A stretch of DNA of 64,000 nt from Ignavibacteriota bacterium (GTDB taxonomy: Bacteria; Bacteroidota; Ignavibacteria; UBA10030; CAVZMI01): NCBI GenBank assembly GCA_963776275.1, contig CAVZMI010000023.1, positions 1-64,000 of the forward strand, read 5' to 3'. The translations under genes and the position numbers were made by a program. Below the pieces are notes generated by a model, which was not told the origin of the DNA, did no database searches, and worked only from the letters and a program-made list of their open reading frames with translations. Below are positions 48,334 to 58,200 of the stretch, piece by piece (position 1 is the first letter of the stretch; every line of letters begins with the position of its first letter).

Positions 48334-49494
48334 ATGAATGAAAATAGGATGGCAAATCCGCAACAGAAGCGACAGTACGATAATCGTATTGATTTACTGA
48401 AAGGTATAGCAATTTTTGGTGTTGCATGTATCCATTTCGGAGGGAGTTTTGTCGGCGATTCCGTAGTTTTATGGACTGCTCCTTTTTACGTCGGATTATT
48501 TCTCAACCAATTTTTTAGCTTCTCCGTGGCGTTGTTTATTTTTCTTTCAGGATGGCTTCTTGAGTATCAATATACCTCGAGGCCTTTCCATGTGTCGACA
48601 TTTTATCGCCGTCGTCTCATTCGCATTTTGATCCCTTATACTGTTGTTGTGGGCGCATATTTTGTGTTATTACCGGAGTCGGAAATCATCAAAGCCGTTA
48701 CTCCATCGAACTTTTTAATTAAATTCTTCTATTATGGCGTCCAAGGAACACAATATTTCATATCGCTTATCCTCCAGCTCTATATCGTATATCCGGTACT
48801 GCGGTGGATAAAAAACAAAATTTCTTCAACCGGCATACGCTGGCTATCTTACGTACCAATGTTAGTCTTAATCGCTATTCATGGAACGCTTGGTTTTATG
48901 ACATATTCAAACAAACTCGATTACTATACATGGTGCAGACCCTTTTCTCTCTTTTGGATGGTATTTTTTTATGGGGGAATGGTGGCATATTCATCTCGTC
49001 AGTCAATGAAACAGCCGGTCAGCATGTATTTATTTTTGGGTGCGGTGTTTTCTTTTTTGATCGGAATGTTCATCCTTATCATGAGTCGTCTCTTGAATCC
49101 GGCGATTGTGGGGATGGATTTTGGGAAATCAATGATCGATTATGCCTATTCGCGGCCGGAGATTATGTTCTACAACATCATATGGATCATTATCATAGCG
49201 TTTGTTCTGCGACTCCAGTGGTCTTTTCGTGCCGCCTTACTCGAGCAATGGGGAAAAAATTCTTACACAATCTATCTCTGGCATATTTTGTTCATTTATT
49301 ACATTGCATGGAATCAGCCGGTGGTCCTTGAGACATGCAGAAATTTCCCCGAAGTGATCGTTTTTGTGTGTATATTTGCATGCATGGTGATCTCGGCGGC
49401 AAGCCGCTGTATCGATTACGCTCAGGCATTTCTTCTGATTCAGTGGAAATCTTTGCGGGCAAGGCTGGTGCCCTCCAAAGTAGAAGGATCGTAG
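48334..49494 (+). CDS. Acyltransferase-3 family (OafA/WecH-like) membrane O-acyltransferase
   Basis: Motifs IDLLKGIAIFGVACIH, FIFLSG, FYRRRLIRILIPY, QLYIVYP and GKNSYTIYLWH. Confidence 0.9.
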   Translation: MNENRMANPQQKRQYDNRIDLLKGIAIFGVACIHFGGSFVGDSVVLWTAPFYVGLFLNQFFSFSVALFIFLSGWLLEYQYTSRPFHVSTFYRRRLIRILIPYTVVVGAYFVLLPESEIIKAVTPSNFLIKFFYYGVQGTQYFISLILQLYIVYPVLRWIKNKISSTGIRWLSYVPMLVLIAIHGTLGFMTYSNKLDYYTWCRPFSLFWMVFFYGGMVAYSSRQSMKQPVSMYLFLGAVFSFLIGMFILIMSRLLNPAIVGMDFGKSMIDYAYSRPEIMFYNIIWIIIIAFVLRLQWSFRAALLEQWGKNSYTIYLWHILFIYYIAWNQPVVLETCRNFPEVIVFVCIFACMVISAASRCIDYAQAFLLIQWKSLRARLVPSKVEGS

Positions 49495-49528
49495 AAGCAA
49501 CTTATGACAGGTACTCCGGTAGACAGCG

Positions 49529-50254
49529 GTGATATCGTCTATGACGTTCTTGGGCGATCCATACTATGTTGAAGATCTTCAGATGATGGCGAAAGCGGTC
49601 CGTTATAGGCAATGGCTCTATGATCTTCTTCATCCTTTCCTGGGGACGCAAATTCTGGAAGTAGGAGGAGGAATTGGAAATTACACATTGATGTTTGTCG
49701 GGAATGCAGAATCAGTGGTGAGCATCGAACCGAATGCATATTGTTTTGACAGGCTGTCCGAAGCCACGAAAGATGATCCAAAAATACAAATCTTGAAGAC
49801 AGACCTGGAACACCTGCATTTTTCACTGTTAGATTCGAAAGAGTTCGATACGGTAGTCTCGATTAATGTTTTGGAGCATATCGCGGATGATATGAAGGCT
49901 GTCGAAAAGATGAAGTCGTACCTTCTTCCCGGCGGGAGACTTGTCCTGATCGTTCCGGCTGTCCCTGCGGCTTTTGGTGGTATCGACCGGAAGGTAGGCC
50001 ACTACCGACGCTACTCCCGTAAGATGATCCGGGAATTATTTCGGAAGGCAGGGATGGAGAGCGAAATTATACGATATTTCAATTTCGCTGGCCTTCTTGG
50101 GTGGTTCTGGAACGCAAAAATCTGGCCGAGGAATACACAGAGCGAACGGCAAATTATGATTTTTGACACCTATCTCGTCCCTCTGATCTCGCGCCTTGAA
50201 TATGTCGTGTCAGCCCCCGTCGGGCAATCGCTTCTAGCTGTGGCGCGAAAATGA
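49529..50254 (+). CDS. Class I SAM methyltransferase
   Basis: Motifs ILEVGGGIG, NVLEHIADD, LIVPA and GHYRRY. Confidence 0.88.
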   Translation: MISSMTFLGDPYYVEDLQMMAKAVRYRQWLYDLLHPFLGTQILEVGGGIGNYTLMFVGNAESVVSIEPNAYCFDRLSEATKDDPKIQILKTDLEHLHFSLLDSKEFDTVVSINVLEHIADDMKAVEKMKSYLLPGGRLVLIVPAVPAAFGGIDRKVGHYRRYSRKMIRELFRKAGMESEIIRYFNFAGLLGWFWNAKIWPRNTQSERQIMIFDTYLVPLISRLEYVVSAPVGQSLLAVARK

Positions 50255-50320
50255 TATGCGTGGAAAATAGTAATTAGGGAAATTTCACCGGATAGTTTCC
50301 TCGAAACGGAGCGGAACTCT

Positions 50321-51265
50321 ATGGATATAGCCATTCTTATTCCATGCTACCAGGAAGAACTCACAATCGGAAAAGTCGTCGCGGATTTCCGTCGCGAACT
50401 GCCGAAAGCGAAGATTTACGTCTACGATAATAATTCCACGGATGCGACATATGCGAAAGCACGGAAAGCCGGCGCCATCGTATGCCGTGAGAAGAAACAG
50501 GGGAAGGGGTATGTGGTTGCCTCGATGTTCGAGAATATCGATGCAGACATCTATGTTCTGGTCGACGGCGACGACACCTACGATGCTCAATCTGTTCATC
50601 AGCTGATTGCGCCGTTGAAAAACGAAGAGGCAGACATGGTGGTCGCAAATCGGCTGGGAAATCATCGGGGTAGTGGTTTCAGAAAGTTCCATGTGTTCGG
50701 AAACCGGCTGGTCTGTTTTTTTATCAATATGATATTCCGCTCATCTATAAAGGATCTTTTTTCGGGATACCGTGCGATGACGAAAGAATTGGTGAAAACG
50801 ATCCCGGTGATAGCATTCGGTTTCGATATTGAAACGGAGTTGACGCTGCAAACACTCTATCGCAGATTCGTCATCAAAGAAATTGACGCACCATACGGTG
50901 AACGCCCGTCCGGCAGCGAATCAAAATTAAGAACGGTGCATGATGGCATCCGGGTTCTCGTGAGGGCGTTCTTCATTTTCACATCATACAAGCCGTTGAC
51001 GTTTTTCGGTAGTATCGGTATCATACTCTGTATTCTGGGATTACTGGCTGGATATCAGCCGGTGATGGAATACATCAGGTATCACTATGTCTTCAGTGTT
51101 CCCCGTGCCGTTCTTGCCACTGCGTTCATGATCTTATCATCAGGCGCCGTTGCGTTGGGACTTTTGCTTCACAGCGTCAATTTTCGGCTTTTGGAAATCG
51201 AAAAAGCGCTGATAAAACGCACGCTGAATTCAAGCAAAAGCCGGTCAAAGCGATCCGGAAATTAA
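50321..51265 (+). CDS. GT2 polyprenol-phosphate glycosyltransferase with two C-terminal TMs
   Basis: Motifs LIPCYQE, YDNNSTD, QGKG, VDGDDTYD, DLFSGYR and FDIETE. Confidence 0.9.
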   Translation: MDIAILIPCYQEELTIGKVVADFRRELPKAKIYVYDNNSTDATYAKARKAGAIVCREKKQGKGYVVASMFENIDADIYVLVDGDDTYDAQSVHQLIAPLKNEEADMVVANRLGNHRGSGFRKFHVFGNRLVCFFINMIFRSSIKDLFSGYRAMTKELVKTIPVIAFGFDIETELTLQTLYRRFVIKEIDAPYGERPSGSESKLRTVHDGIRVLVRAFFIFTSYKPLTFFGSIGIILCILGLLAGYQPVMEYIRYHYVFSVPRAVLATAFMILSSGAVALGLLLHSVNFRLLEIEKALIKRTLNSSKSRSKRSGN

Positions 51266-51479
51266 AAATGAATTTCGGAACGATAATCGTTCTCATTACG
51301 TCATCTTTATGAGTCGTTACTCCATTACCGTCGTTATGCTATTTGATATACAAAACACAAGAATACTCTTCGCTTCGAATAAGTTCGGTAAAAAGCGATG
51401 AAAAGTAAAAAGAGAGATATTCCCTCTATCGGGCCATCGGACACATTTTACTTTTTTTAAAACAAAATTAAAATTACAA

Positions 51480-52409
51480 ATGATCAGCATCGTCACCCCG
51501 TCATCCAATAGCGGGAAATATATTCAACAAGCGATCCGAAGCGTTCTTGAACAGGAAGGAATTAAGTTAGACTATATTATTGTCGATGATGGTTCCACAG
51601 ATGAGACTCTCGATATTATACGCTCGTTCGAAAATAGACTGCGCTACATCTCGGAACCAGATCGGGGACAGTCGGAAGCCATCAACAGGGGCATCAGGAT
51701 GTCGCACGGGGATATTATCGGATGGCTTAATGCAGACGATTACTATCACCCGGGAACGCTTCGATTTATTGATGATTATTTTGCGAAGAATCCGGAAGTG
51801 ATGCTTTTGTATGGCGACGGTACGTTGGTGAAAGAAGATGGAACGGTTATAAAACCATTTCCGACAGAGGAGTACTCCCTTGAGAGATTGGCGTATCGGT
51901 GCATTATATGTCAGCCGGCGGCGTTTTGGCGGCGGTCGCTATGGGAAAAAGTCGGACCATTGGATATCTCGCTTCATTATGCGATGGATCTCGATTTCTG
52001 GATCCGTGCAGGTAAAGCTCTTAAACGGCATCCGGAGTGGCGGTTCGTTTATATTCCAAAAGTCTTTGCATATTCTCGAATGCATCGGCACACAAAAACA
52101 ATGGCCCAGCATCGGGAAGTTTTGCACGAAGTTGTCGGGGTAATGAAAAAACATTTCGGCTATGTGTCTTTTCCCTGGGTATATGGAATCGAAGAGGTCC
52201 GCGATCCGCGTTACGACGGGATCATCAAGAAAAGTCCGGTTTCCTTCTCATTGATTGCAAAGAGCCTAATAAAATGGATATGGCAGAACAGGATGCGGCC
52301 CGATCACATTATTCACTTTATCGGTATGGTCCTATTTTCGCCCCGAAAGAGCTGGCAGACAATGATGGAGAGAACAAGAGATGAAGAGGAGGGGTCGAGA
52401 GCGAAGTAG
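51480..52409 (+). CDS. GT2 glycosyltransferase
   Basis: Motifs ISIVTPS, DRGQSEAINRG, WLNADD, CQPAAF and MDLDFW. Confidence 0.9.
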   Translation: MISIVTPSSNSGKYIQQAIRSVLEQEGIKLDYIIVDDGSTDETLDIIRSFENRLRYISEPDRGQSEAINRGIRMSHGDIIGWLNADDYYHPGTLRFIDDYFAKNPEVMLLYGDGTLVKEDGTVIKPFPTEEYSLERLAYRCIICQPAAFWRRSLWEKVGPLDISLHYAMDLDFWIRAGKALKRHPEWRFVYIPKVFAYSRMHRHTKTMAQHREVLHEVVGVMKKHFGYVSFPWVYGIEEVRDPRYDGIIKKSPVSFSLIAKSLIKWIWQNRMRPDHIIHFIGMVLFSPRKSWQTMMERTRDEEEGSRAK

Positions 52410-52440
52410 AAGCTCTTTATTGAAGTGGCTATATCTAAGG

Positions 52441-52644
52441 AAAAAGTAAAAATTAAAAATGAAAAAGTAAATCCTTCGACCCTTCGACTTGCCTCGACTG
52501 GTGGTTCGACCGTTTGATAAGGTCTCGACAAGCTCGACCCAAGGCTCACGGCAAGCAAGCATGTCCCGAGTATATCGAGGGGCTCACCACAAGCTCGGCA
52601 CGAGCCGCTCAGGGCAGGCATGCTCAGGACAAGAATTAAAAAGT
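52441..52644. repeat. A-rich 7-mer tandem tract (AAAAA[GT][TG]) interrupted by nested hairpin elements
   Basis: AAAAAGT AAAAATT AAAAATG AAAAAGT AAA|AATT AAAAGTT. TCTAAGGAAAAAG is shared with the left arm at 12690. Confidence 0.7.
52472..52633. repeat. Seven nested 22-24 nt REP-like hairpin units
   Basis: Manual un-nesting yields seven units of the form stem-TCGAC-N2-3-GCTC-stem'-CARG that sum exactly to 162 nt. Confidence 0.85.
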
Positions 52645-52681
52645 TTATCCCACGTAGCGATACTAAGTGATAAGAAGCGAT

Positions 52682-52750
52682 TTGACTTTTAATAGGGAAA
52701 ACCTTATTTTTACTCAATGTACTGAGTAAAAATACTCAACATAGTGAGTA
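52682..52750 (+). promoter_or_regulatory. Putative sigma70 promoter followed by two tandem palindromic operators
   Basis: TTGACT-17-TATTTT (52682-52710); TACTCA-N6-TGAGTA at 52711-52728 and 52733-52750. Confidence 0.7.
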
Positions 52751-52760
52751 AATTAATGCC

Positions 52761-53948
52761 ATGACATATAAAAGGCCGCAATTTCATCGACTTCGTTCGA
52801 GATTGGAAGAGCGCAGAAAATTCATCCAGGTGCTCTCCGGACCACGGCAGTGTGGTAAAACGACGCTCGCACGGCAGGTCGCGGACTCTCTGAAAATACC
52901 GACGCATTTTGTCTCCGCCGATTCACCCGTCCCGTATAATTCATCATGGGTCGAGCAGCAATGGGAAACTGCTCGGTTCCTTGCGACGAAAGACAGTCGA
53001 AACGGTACGGTGCTAATACTCGATGAAATCCAAAAAGTAGCCGGCTGGTCGGAAGTTGTGAAGAAGTTATGGGATGAAGATACCGCAAATAAACGCAATG
53101 TGAAAGTGCTCATTCTCGGTTCCGCGCCGCTCCTCGTGCATCATGGACTCACAGAGAGCCTTTCCGGACGCTTCGAATTGATACAACTCTCCCATTGGAG
53201 TTATGCCGAGATGCGCGATGCTTTCGGTTGGAGCCTTGAACAATTTATTTTTTTTGGAGGATATCCCGGTTCTGCCGATCTCGTCGATGAACCGGAGCGA
53301 TGGTCTCACTATATCCAGGATTCGCTCATTGAAACAACCATATCACGCGATGTTCTCCTTATGACACGGATCGACAAACAGGCACTCCTCCGCCAATTAT
53401 TCAGGGTCGGTACGGCATATTCCGGCCAGATTGTATCATACCAGAAGTTGCTCGGACAGTTGCACGATGCAGGAAATACGACAACGCTTGCACATTACTT
53501 GCATATTCTGTCCGATGCCGGACTGTTAACCGGCCTTCAGAAATATTCCGGCTCCCAGATACGCCAACGATCTTCAAGCCCGAAATTCTTGGCCCTTAAC
53601 AATGCGCTCATTACTGCTCAATCGCAATATAGTTTTCAGGAGGCACAGCAAAAGAGAGATGTTTGGGGCAGACTTGTTGAATCCGCTGTCGGCGCTCATT
53701 TGTACAACAGCAGTATAGGGACAAATGTCAAAGTGATGTACTGGCGCGAGGGTTCACGCGAAGTCGATTTCATAGTCCAGAATGGAATGAATATTACAGC
53801 CATTGAAGTAAAAAGCGGAAGAGTAAACGATACCATCCCCGGAATGGAATCTTTTACCAGACAATACAAACCCAAAAGAAAATTGCTCATCGGTGATAGA
53901 GGAATTTCGGTGAAGGATATTTTACTTACATCCGCCGTCGAATGGTGA
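52761..53948 (+). CDS. AAA_14 ATPase with DUF4143 and a C-terminal PD-(D/E)XK-like motif
   Basis: Motifs GPRQCGKTT, LILDEIQ, LGSA, ESLSGR, GGYP, GRLVES and EVDF...IEVKSG. Confidence 0.9.
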   Translation: MTYKRPQFHRLRSRLEERRKFIQVLSGPRQCGKTTLARQVADSLKIPTHFVSADSPVPYNSSWVEQQWETARFLATKDSRNGTVLILDEIQKVAGWSEVVKKLWDEDTANKRNVKVLILGSAPLLVHHGLTESLSGRFELIQLSHWSYAEMRDAFGWSLEQFIFFGGYPGSADLVDEPERWSHYIQDSLIETTISRDVLLMTRIDKQALLRQLFRVGTAYSGQIVSYQKLLGQLHDAGNTTTLAHYLHILSDAGLLTGLQKYSGSQIRQRSSSPKFLALNNALITAQSQYSFQEAQQKRDVWGRLVESAVGAHLYNSSIGTNVKVMYWREGSREVDFIVQNGMNITAIEVKSGRVNDTIPGMESFTRQYKPKRKLLIGDRGISVKDILLTSAVEW

Positions 53949-54134
53949 AAAAAAAGAAAATATTTAGGGTCGGGGTCTAGGTCGGGAATTTTTTTAGAGA
54001 TGGTTGTACGTAAGCAGCCATACAGATATTATATAAATCTTTTGTCTTCGCTCTGTCAATACAGTCGTTCTTTTTGGAAATAATCAACGATGTGCGTCGG
54101 ATTCCTGCAACCGAATTTCATCACAGAAGACATC

Positions 54135-56705
54135 ATGATTTTATTGAAAGAAGCTTTACGGGTAATAATTAAAGAAGGAATCGGCAGTTTTCACAGGAAG
54201 TCGGTCCGCTACGGGAATTTGAAATTCCATGGAATACTCTTTAAGCTTAAAATGCTTGCGAGAAAACGAAAAGCCGTGATATTCCCGTATGACGCAATGA
54301 TGATGCCCGAAGTTAACAAGGGAAAAAATGTAGCTTTTACTATCGGAACAAAAAGTCATCTGCATCGTTCATTGACACTCCGGGACTCGTTCCTGAAGCA
54401 TAATCCCGATTGGAAATTTATAATCTTTATATCAGACATGCTGCAGAGCAACGATGAAATGATATATTGCAAAAACCTGATCGAGAAAGGTGTTGACATA
54501 ATTTTTGTTCACGCACTTAAAAACAGGATACGTATCGACACACTGGAAGAGATGTTTTTTAAATATACCGTATTTGAGATGAGTACGTCCTTAAAACCAT
54601 TCCTGCTGGAATATTTTTTGCAGCAGGGTTGCGAAAAGGTAATATATTTCGATTCCGATATCTACTGCCTCAATTCCATCGAGCAGGTTACGGCTCTTTT
54701 AGACAATTACGATATTATCCTGACACCTCATATACTGAAGCCGTATGACGATGACAAGAATCCGGACGAGATACAAATTCTCCTTTCGGGTTCATTTAAT
54801 CTCGGGTTCATAGCCGTAAGGAATTCCGGCGAGACACTGCAATTCTGCCGTTGGTGGCAGCAACGTCTTTTTGAGCGTTGTTTTATGGATGTGCATAATG
54901 GAATCCATGCCGATCAAAAATGGATCGATCTGATTCCCTCATTTTTCAATAATTATTATATCTTAAAAAATCCGGGATATAATGTCGCTTATTGGAACCT
55001 TCATGAGAGAAAAATCCGGCAGGAAAGAGGAACCTGGTACGTCAATGATGAAAAATTGGTTTTATTTCATTTTAGCGGATTAGATATCAACGATCTGTTT
55101 GCGATTTCGATACATCAAAATCGGTATACGCTTTATGATGTGCCGTCGTTGTATCCGCTGTTTGAGGAATACAGGGAGGAGATTTTCAAACACGGTTATG
55201 ATATTGATAGGAATTGGAAATACTATTTCGACTATTTACCGACGACGACGATACGAATTCCGGATTCTGTCCGGCGCTTATTCTATAAAGATGTATTACG
55301 GGAAACGAAAAATCCGTATACCCCGGATGCTGAAATTCTAAATAAAACGATCAATTCACTGACACGTGAGGTCGAAAGCGGGAGCGGGATTAATCGGATC
55401 GCCTATTCTCTCTGGAACGCGAGGAGTGATCTCCGCCAGACCTATCCGAATCTCAGCGATAGAAATGAGCAACAACGTTTCAGAGATTGGTATCTCGGCT
55501 CGGCGAATCGCGAAAATCAAATCGATAAAATATTTATTCAGGAGGACCCGGATGTAAAAGAAATTGCACCACCTGATAATGTAACGCCGGGGATCAACAT
55601 CATAGGATATTTCCCCTACGATTTTGGGAATGCCATAACAACGCGAATATTCGTCAAGAAGGTGTATGAAACCGGGATACCATTCACACTATTTCCATTG
55701 CAGACGGGTGAACATGCGTTGATAAATCCGGAAGAACAGGCTGAATTTAAGATGTATTATGCACAACAACCGCTCTTCAAAAAAAATATTTTTTTTGTGA
55801 ATGCGGATATCATAGGGTCTATCAGGAGAAATTATCCGGCGTTATTCAAGGGAAGGCAGAACTCGGCCGTGTGGTGGTGGGAGTTTGAGAATGTCTTTCC
55901 ATTTTCCGATTCCTTTCAGTATATCGACGAGGTGATCGTTTTTTCAGATTTTGTGCATTCTGTGATCGCCAAATACGCGCCTCCGCATGTGAGCGTGAAT
56001 AAGATGCGATATCCTTTTATTCAGGACTGGAAGATAGTGACATCACCGCATAGTGTGCGAGAGGCGTTGGGGTTTTCCGACGATAATTTTATTTTTATTT
56101 TTAATTTTGATTTCTTGAGTTCGTATGAGCGCAAAAACCCGGAAGCAGTCGTACGTGCGTTCGCTCAGGCATGCCGGGAACGGAAGGAAGCTCGCCTGAT
56201 AATCAAAACGTCGCACGGGTATGCGTTTCCGGAAAGATATGCACAATTAAAAAAATGCATAGCCAATTCCACAATATCTAATCAGATTGTTCTGATTGAA
56301 GATATATTCCCCCGGAACGAGTTTATGAATTTGATGAACGCGGTTGACTGTTATGTTTCACTGCATCGCTCCGAGGGTTTCGGACTCGGCATGTTCGAGG
56401 CGATGGTGATGGGGAAGCCTGTGATCGCGACGGCCTATGGCGGGAATTGCGAATTTATGCACGACACTCATTCGCTGCTTGTAGATTATGAATTGACCAC
56501 ATCGAAGGATACACTTATTAATGTTTATCAAAAGGGATGGGTGTGGGCCGAGCCGAAGATTTCACCTGCCGTTGAGTATATGCACGAGCTGTGCGTTAAT
56601 CCCTCACGGGCACGGGAGATTGGAAAACGCGGGAAGGCGTTTGTGGATACGTTCCGCAACAGCGCAGCATTTTCAGCCGATTTCTATGATTATTTAGGAC
56701 GATGA
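54135..56705 (+). CDS. Two-domain glycosyltransferase (GT-A-like N-terminal domain + GT4)
   Basis: N-terminal TSLKP, YFDSDI, LTPH, FNLGF, DQKW, YNVAYWN and HFSG; C-terminal ERKNP and SLHRSEGFGLGMFEAM. Confidence 0.85.
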   Translation: MILLKEALRVIIKEGIGSFHRKSVRYGNLKFHGILFKLKMLARKRKAVIFPYDAMMMPEVNKGKNVAFTIGTKSHLHRSLTLRDSFLKHNPDWKFIIFISDMLQSNDEMIYCKNLIEKGVDIIFVHALKNRIRIDTLEEMFFKYTVFEMSTSLKPFLLEYFLQQGCEKVIYFDSDIYCLNSIEQVTALLDNYDIILTPHILKPYDDDKNPDEIQILLSGSFNLGFIAVRNSGETLQFCRWWQQRLFERCFMDVHNGIHADQKWIDLIPSFFNNYYILKNPGYNVAYWNLHERKIRQERGTWYVNDEKLVLFHFSGLDINDLFAISIHQNRYTLYDVPSLYPLFEEYREEIFKHGYDIDRNWKYYFDYLPTTTIRIPDSVRRLFYKDVLRETKNPYTPDAEILNKTINSLTREVESGSGINRIAYSLWNARSDLRQTYPNLSDRNEQQRFRDWYLGSANRENQIDKIFIQEDPDVKEIAPPDNVTPGINIIGYFPYDFGNAITTRIFVKKVYETGIPFTLFPLQTGEHALINPEEQAEFKMYYAQQPLFKKNIFFVNADIIGSIRRNYPALFKGRQNSAVWWWEFENVFPFSDSFQYIDEVIVFSDFVHSVIAKYAPPHVSVNKMRYPFIQDWKIVTSPHSVREALGFSDDNFIFIFNFDFLSSYERKNPEAVVRAFAQACRERKEARLIIKTSHGYAFPERYAQLKKCIANSTISNQIVLIEDIFPRNEFMNLMNAVDCYVSLHRSEGFGLGMFEAMVMGKPVIATAYGGNCEFMHDTHSLLVDYELTTSKDTLINVYQKGWVWAEPKISPAVEYMHELCVNPSRAREIGKRGKAFVDTFRNSAAFSADFYDYLGR

Positions 56706-56888
56706 ACCGGTGCAATTTCAATGAAGGATTTTTAAAATTGAAAAATTATCCGAATATCGAATTGATATGGGCAAATCAGCATGAATTGTTGATTTTTTAA
56801 GCAGACGATATTGGGTGTCATATAATCGAGAGATTGTTATTTCTATTAATTCACATTCGAGATCATATTATCATCTTTCAGAATATCT

Positions 56889-58190
56889 ATGAAATCCGAA
56901 CTCCTCTCTAAAATCGAAAACAAACAGGCTGTTGTTGGCGTTGTCGGACTTGGCTACGTCGGATTGCCGCTCCTGCTCTGCTTCGTCGAAAAAGGCTTCC
57001 ATACCATCGGCCTCGATATCGATTGCCGAAAAACCGAAGCGCTGATGAAGGGCGATTCATATATCAAACACATTCCCGCATGGAGAATTCACAATGCGGT
57101 GAAGTCAGGTTTATTTCAAGCGACGACAGATTTTTCTGCGGCATCATCGTGTGACGCGATTCTCATTGCCGTACCGACGCCGTTGAACAAAAACCGCGAA
57201 CCGGATATGACGTATATAACCTCGACATGCGAATCGCTTGTTCCATATATCCATCGGAATCAGGTAATCGTCCTCGAATCCACAACATATCCCGGAACCA
57301 CGGTCGAGGTTATGATCCCCATCCTTGAAAAAAGCGGATTGAAAGTCGATAAGGATTTCTATGTATCATTTTCTCCAGAGCGGGAAGACCCTAACCGATC
57401 AGATTACTCCACGGAGACGATTCCGAAAGTGGTCGGTTCGACATCGGCTGATGGCCTGGAGATGACCGACTTATTATATCGACAGATCGTTGTTCGAACG
57501 GTCATCGTCTCTTCAACGCAAATTGCGGAAGCCACTAAGCTTATGGAAAATATTTTCAGATCGGTGAATATTGCCCTCGTGAATGAGCTGAAAATGATAT
57601 TCATGAAAATGGGAATAGATATATGGGAGGTAATTGAAGCAGCTAAGACGAAGCCCTTCGGTTTCATGCCCTTCTATCCCGGCCCCGGTTGGGGCGGACA
57701 CTGTATTCCGATCGATCCGTTTTATTTAACCTGGAAAGCTCGAGAATGTGGTGTCCCGACAAAGTTTATCGAACTTGCCGGTGAGATAAACACGGCGATG
57801 CCGGATTTCGTTGTAAGAAGAGTTATGGAAGTTCTAAATCTTTATGGGAAAACCCTAAAAAATTCGCATATTCTCATTCTTGGACTCGCATATAAACCGA
57901 ATGTCGACGATGCTCGTGAATCTCCATCGTTTCACCTGATGTCGAAACTGGAGGAATTGGGGTGCAGAGTAAGTTACAACGATCCGTATATTCCTGTGAT
58001 CGGACCGACACGCGCATTTCCACACTATGAAGGAAAGACGTTGAGAGAAATCAGCAATGATTTTGATCTTATTCTTATATCGACGGCACACGATTTTTAT
58101 GAAACTATCGATTTTGATAAAATGTTAATCCCCGTTGTCGATACAAGAAATATCGTGAAGAGCAAAGGTAAAAATATTTTCCGGGCATAA
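56889..58190 (+). CDS. wbpA: UDP-N-acetylglucosamine 6-dehydrogenase (nucleotide-sugar dehydrogenase)
   Basis: Motifs GLGYVGLP, AVPTPL, LESTTYPGTT, SPEREDP, FYPGPGWGGHCIPIDPFYL and AYKPNVDDARESP. Confidence 0.85.
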   Translation: MKSELLSKIENKQAVVGVVGLGYVGLPLLLCFVEKGFHTIGLDIDCRKTEALMKGDSYIKHIPAWRIHNAVKSGLFQATTDFSAASSCDAILIAVPTPLNKNREPDMTYITSTCESLVPYIHRNQVIVLESTTYPGTTVEVMIPILEKSGLKVDKDFYVSFSPEREDPNRSDYSTETIPKVVGSTSADGLEMTDLLYRQIVVRTVIVSSTQIAEATKLMENIFRSVNIALVNELKMIFMKMGIDIWEVIEAAKTKPFGFMPFYPGPGWGGHCIPIDPFYLTWKARECGVPTKFIELAGEINTAMPDFVVRRVMEVLNLYGKTLKNSHILILGLAYKPNVDDARESPSFHLMSKLEELGCRVSYNDPYIPVIGPTRAFPHYEGKTLREISNDFDLILISTAHDFYETIDFDKMLIPVVDTRNIVKSKGKNIFRA

Positions 58191-58200
58191 AAATAGATGT

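Noticed and set aside
52313-52717. ORFs spanning the nested hairpin region
   Set aside because: They are translations of repeat sequence with no protein signature.
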